NCBI GenBank assembly: GCA_963697135.1
Contig: CAVOMZ010000009.1
Location: 14,301 to 78,300 of the forward strand
Direction: 5' to 3'
Source of the DNA: an uncultured Chloroflexia bacterium
GTDB taxonomy: Bacteria > Chloroflexota > Limnocylindria > Limnocylindrales > CSP1-4
Length of the DNA: 64,000 bases
The notes under the pieces are model-generated. The model worked only from the letters and a program-made list of their open reading frames with translations, did no database searches and was not told the DNA's origin. A program made the position numbers and the translations under genes. Position 1 is the first letter of the stretch. Each line of letters opens with the position of its first letter. Positions 63,851 through 64,000 of the stretch are shown piece by piece.

Positions 63851-64000
63851 CGCAGGGCGAGGGGGATGACCAGCCGGATCGAGGTTCGCTCGGCCGAGAA
63901 CGACACGACCTTGTTGTCGACGAGCCCGGCGGCCTTGCCCGCGGCCATCACCTCGATATCCCGGACCGTGGCCGCCTTGCCCTTGCGGGATACGACCCAG
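63847..64000 (-). CDS. 3' end of an unidentified gene (partial); its stop overlaps the acuC GTG
   Basis: The rc reads ...VVSRKGKAATVRDIEVMAAGKAAGLVDNKVVSFSAERTSIRLVIPLALR to TGA (rc of 63847-63849). It is too short to name. Confidence 0.4.
   Translation of the reverse strand, partial: WVVSRKGKAATVRDIEVMAAGKAAGLVDNKVVSFSAERTSIRLVIPLALR

Overview
High-GC (about 70% by eye) bacterial chromosomal segment made almost entirely of core metabolism. I cannot fix the lineage from sequence alone. The T-box on trp, frequent leaderless genes, class I LysRS and membrane H+-PPase suit a Chloroflexota- or Actinomycetota-like organism. Gene order: (1) a contiguous shikimate operon on + (aroF' fragment, aroA, aroE, aroC, aroK, aroB, aroQ, chorismate mutase), convergent with (2) a complete trp operon on - (trpE-G-D-C-F-B-A) driven by a near-consensus promoter and a Trp-specifier T-box leader. 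(3) A less conserved stretch at 14.5-19.7 kb holds two tandem Cys-rich paralogs, a low-complexity region, a 273-aa hypothetical, a small CxxC protein, an orphan Flp pilin and a Pro/Ser-rich anchored surface protein. (4) tRNA-Ser(UGA), serS, class I lysK, greA, argR, uppP, hppA. (5) lepB plus an orphan NuoN-like membrane pair. (6) ndk, an M16 peptidase and hypotheticals. (7) coaX-coaBC-panB-panC. (8) A BioD/DRTGG protein, gdh, degV, an MFS transporter, ggt, azlCD, ridA and an M20 peptidase. (9) A cyanophycin locus: cphB-cphA on - facing a CphA-like protein that has the N and Mur-ligase domains but no ATP-grasp domain. (10) A GT87-like membrane protein, a class II GATase, long-form lhr, a small membrane protein, a lipoprotein, GNAT, acuC-like. 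Major caveat: most genes in the GC-richest stretches can only be rebuilt by hopping between reading frames (dozens of mostly +1 shifts, two in-frame TAGs, several stop-less gene junctions). I read this as indel-type sequence error rather than biology, so many boundaries are approximate and apparent fusions are provisional. No CRISPR array, transposase, integrase or recognisable defence system was seen. The best candidates for something new are the G-domain-less CphA-like protein in the cyanophycin locus and the tandem Cys-rich paralogs.
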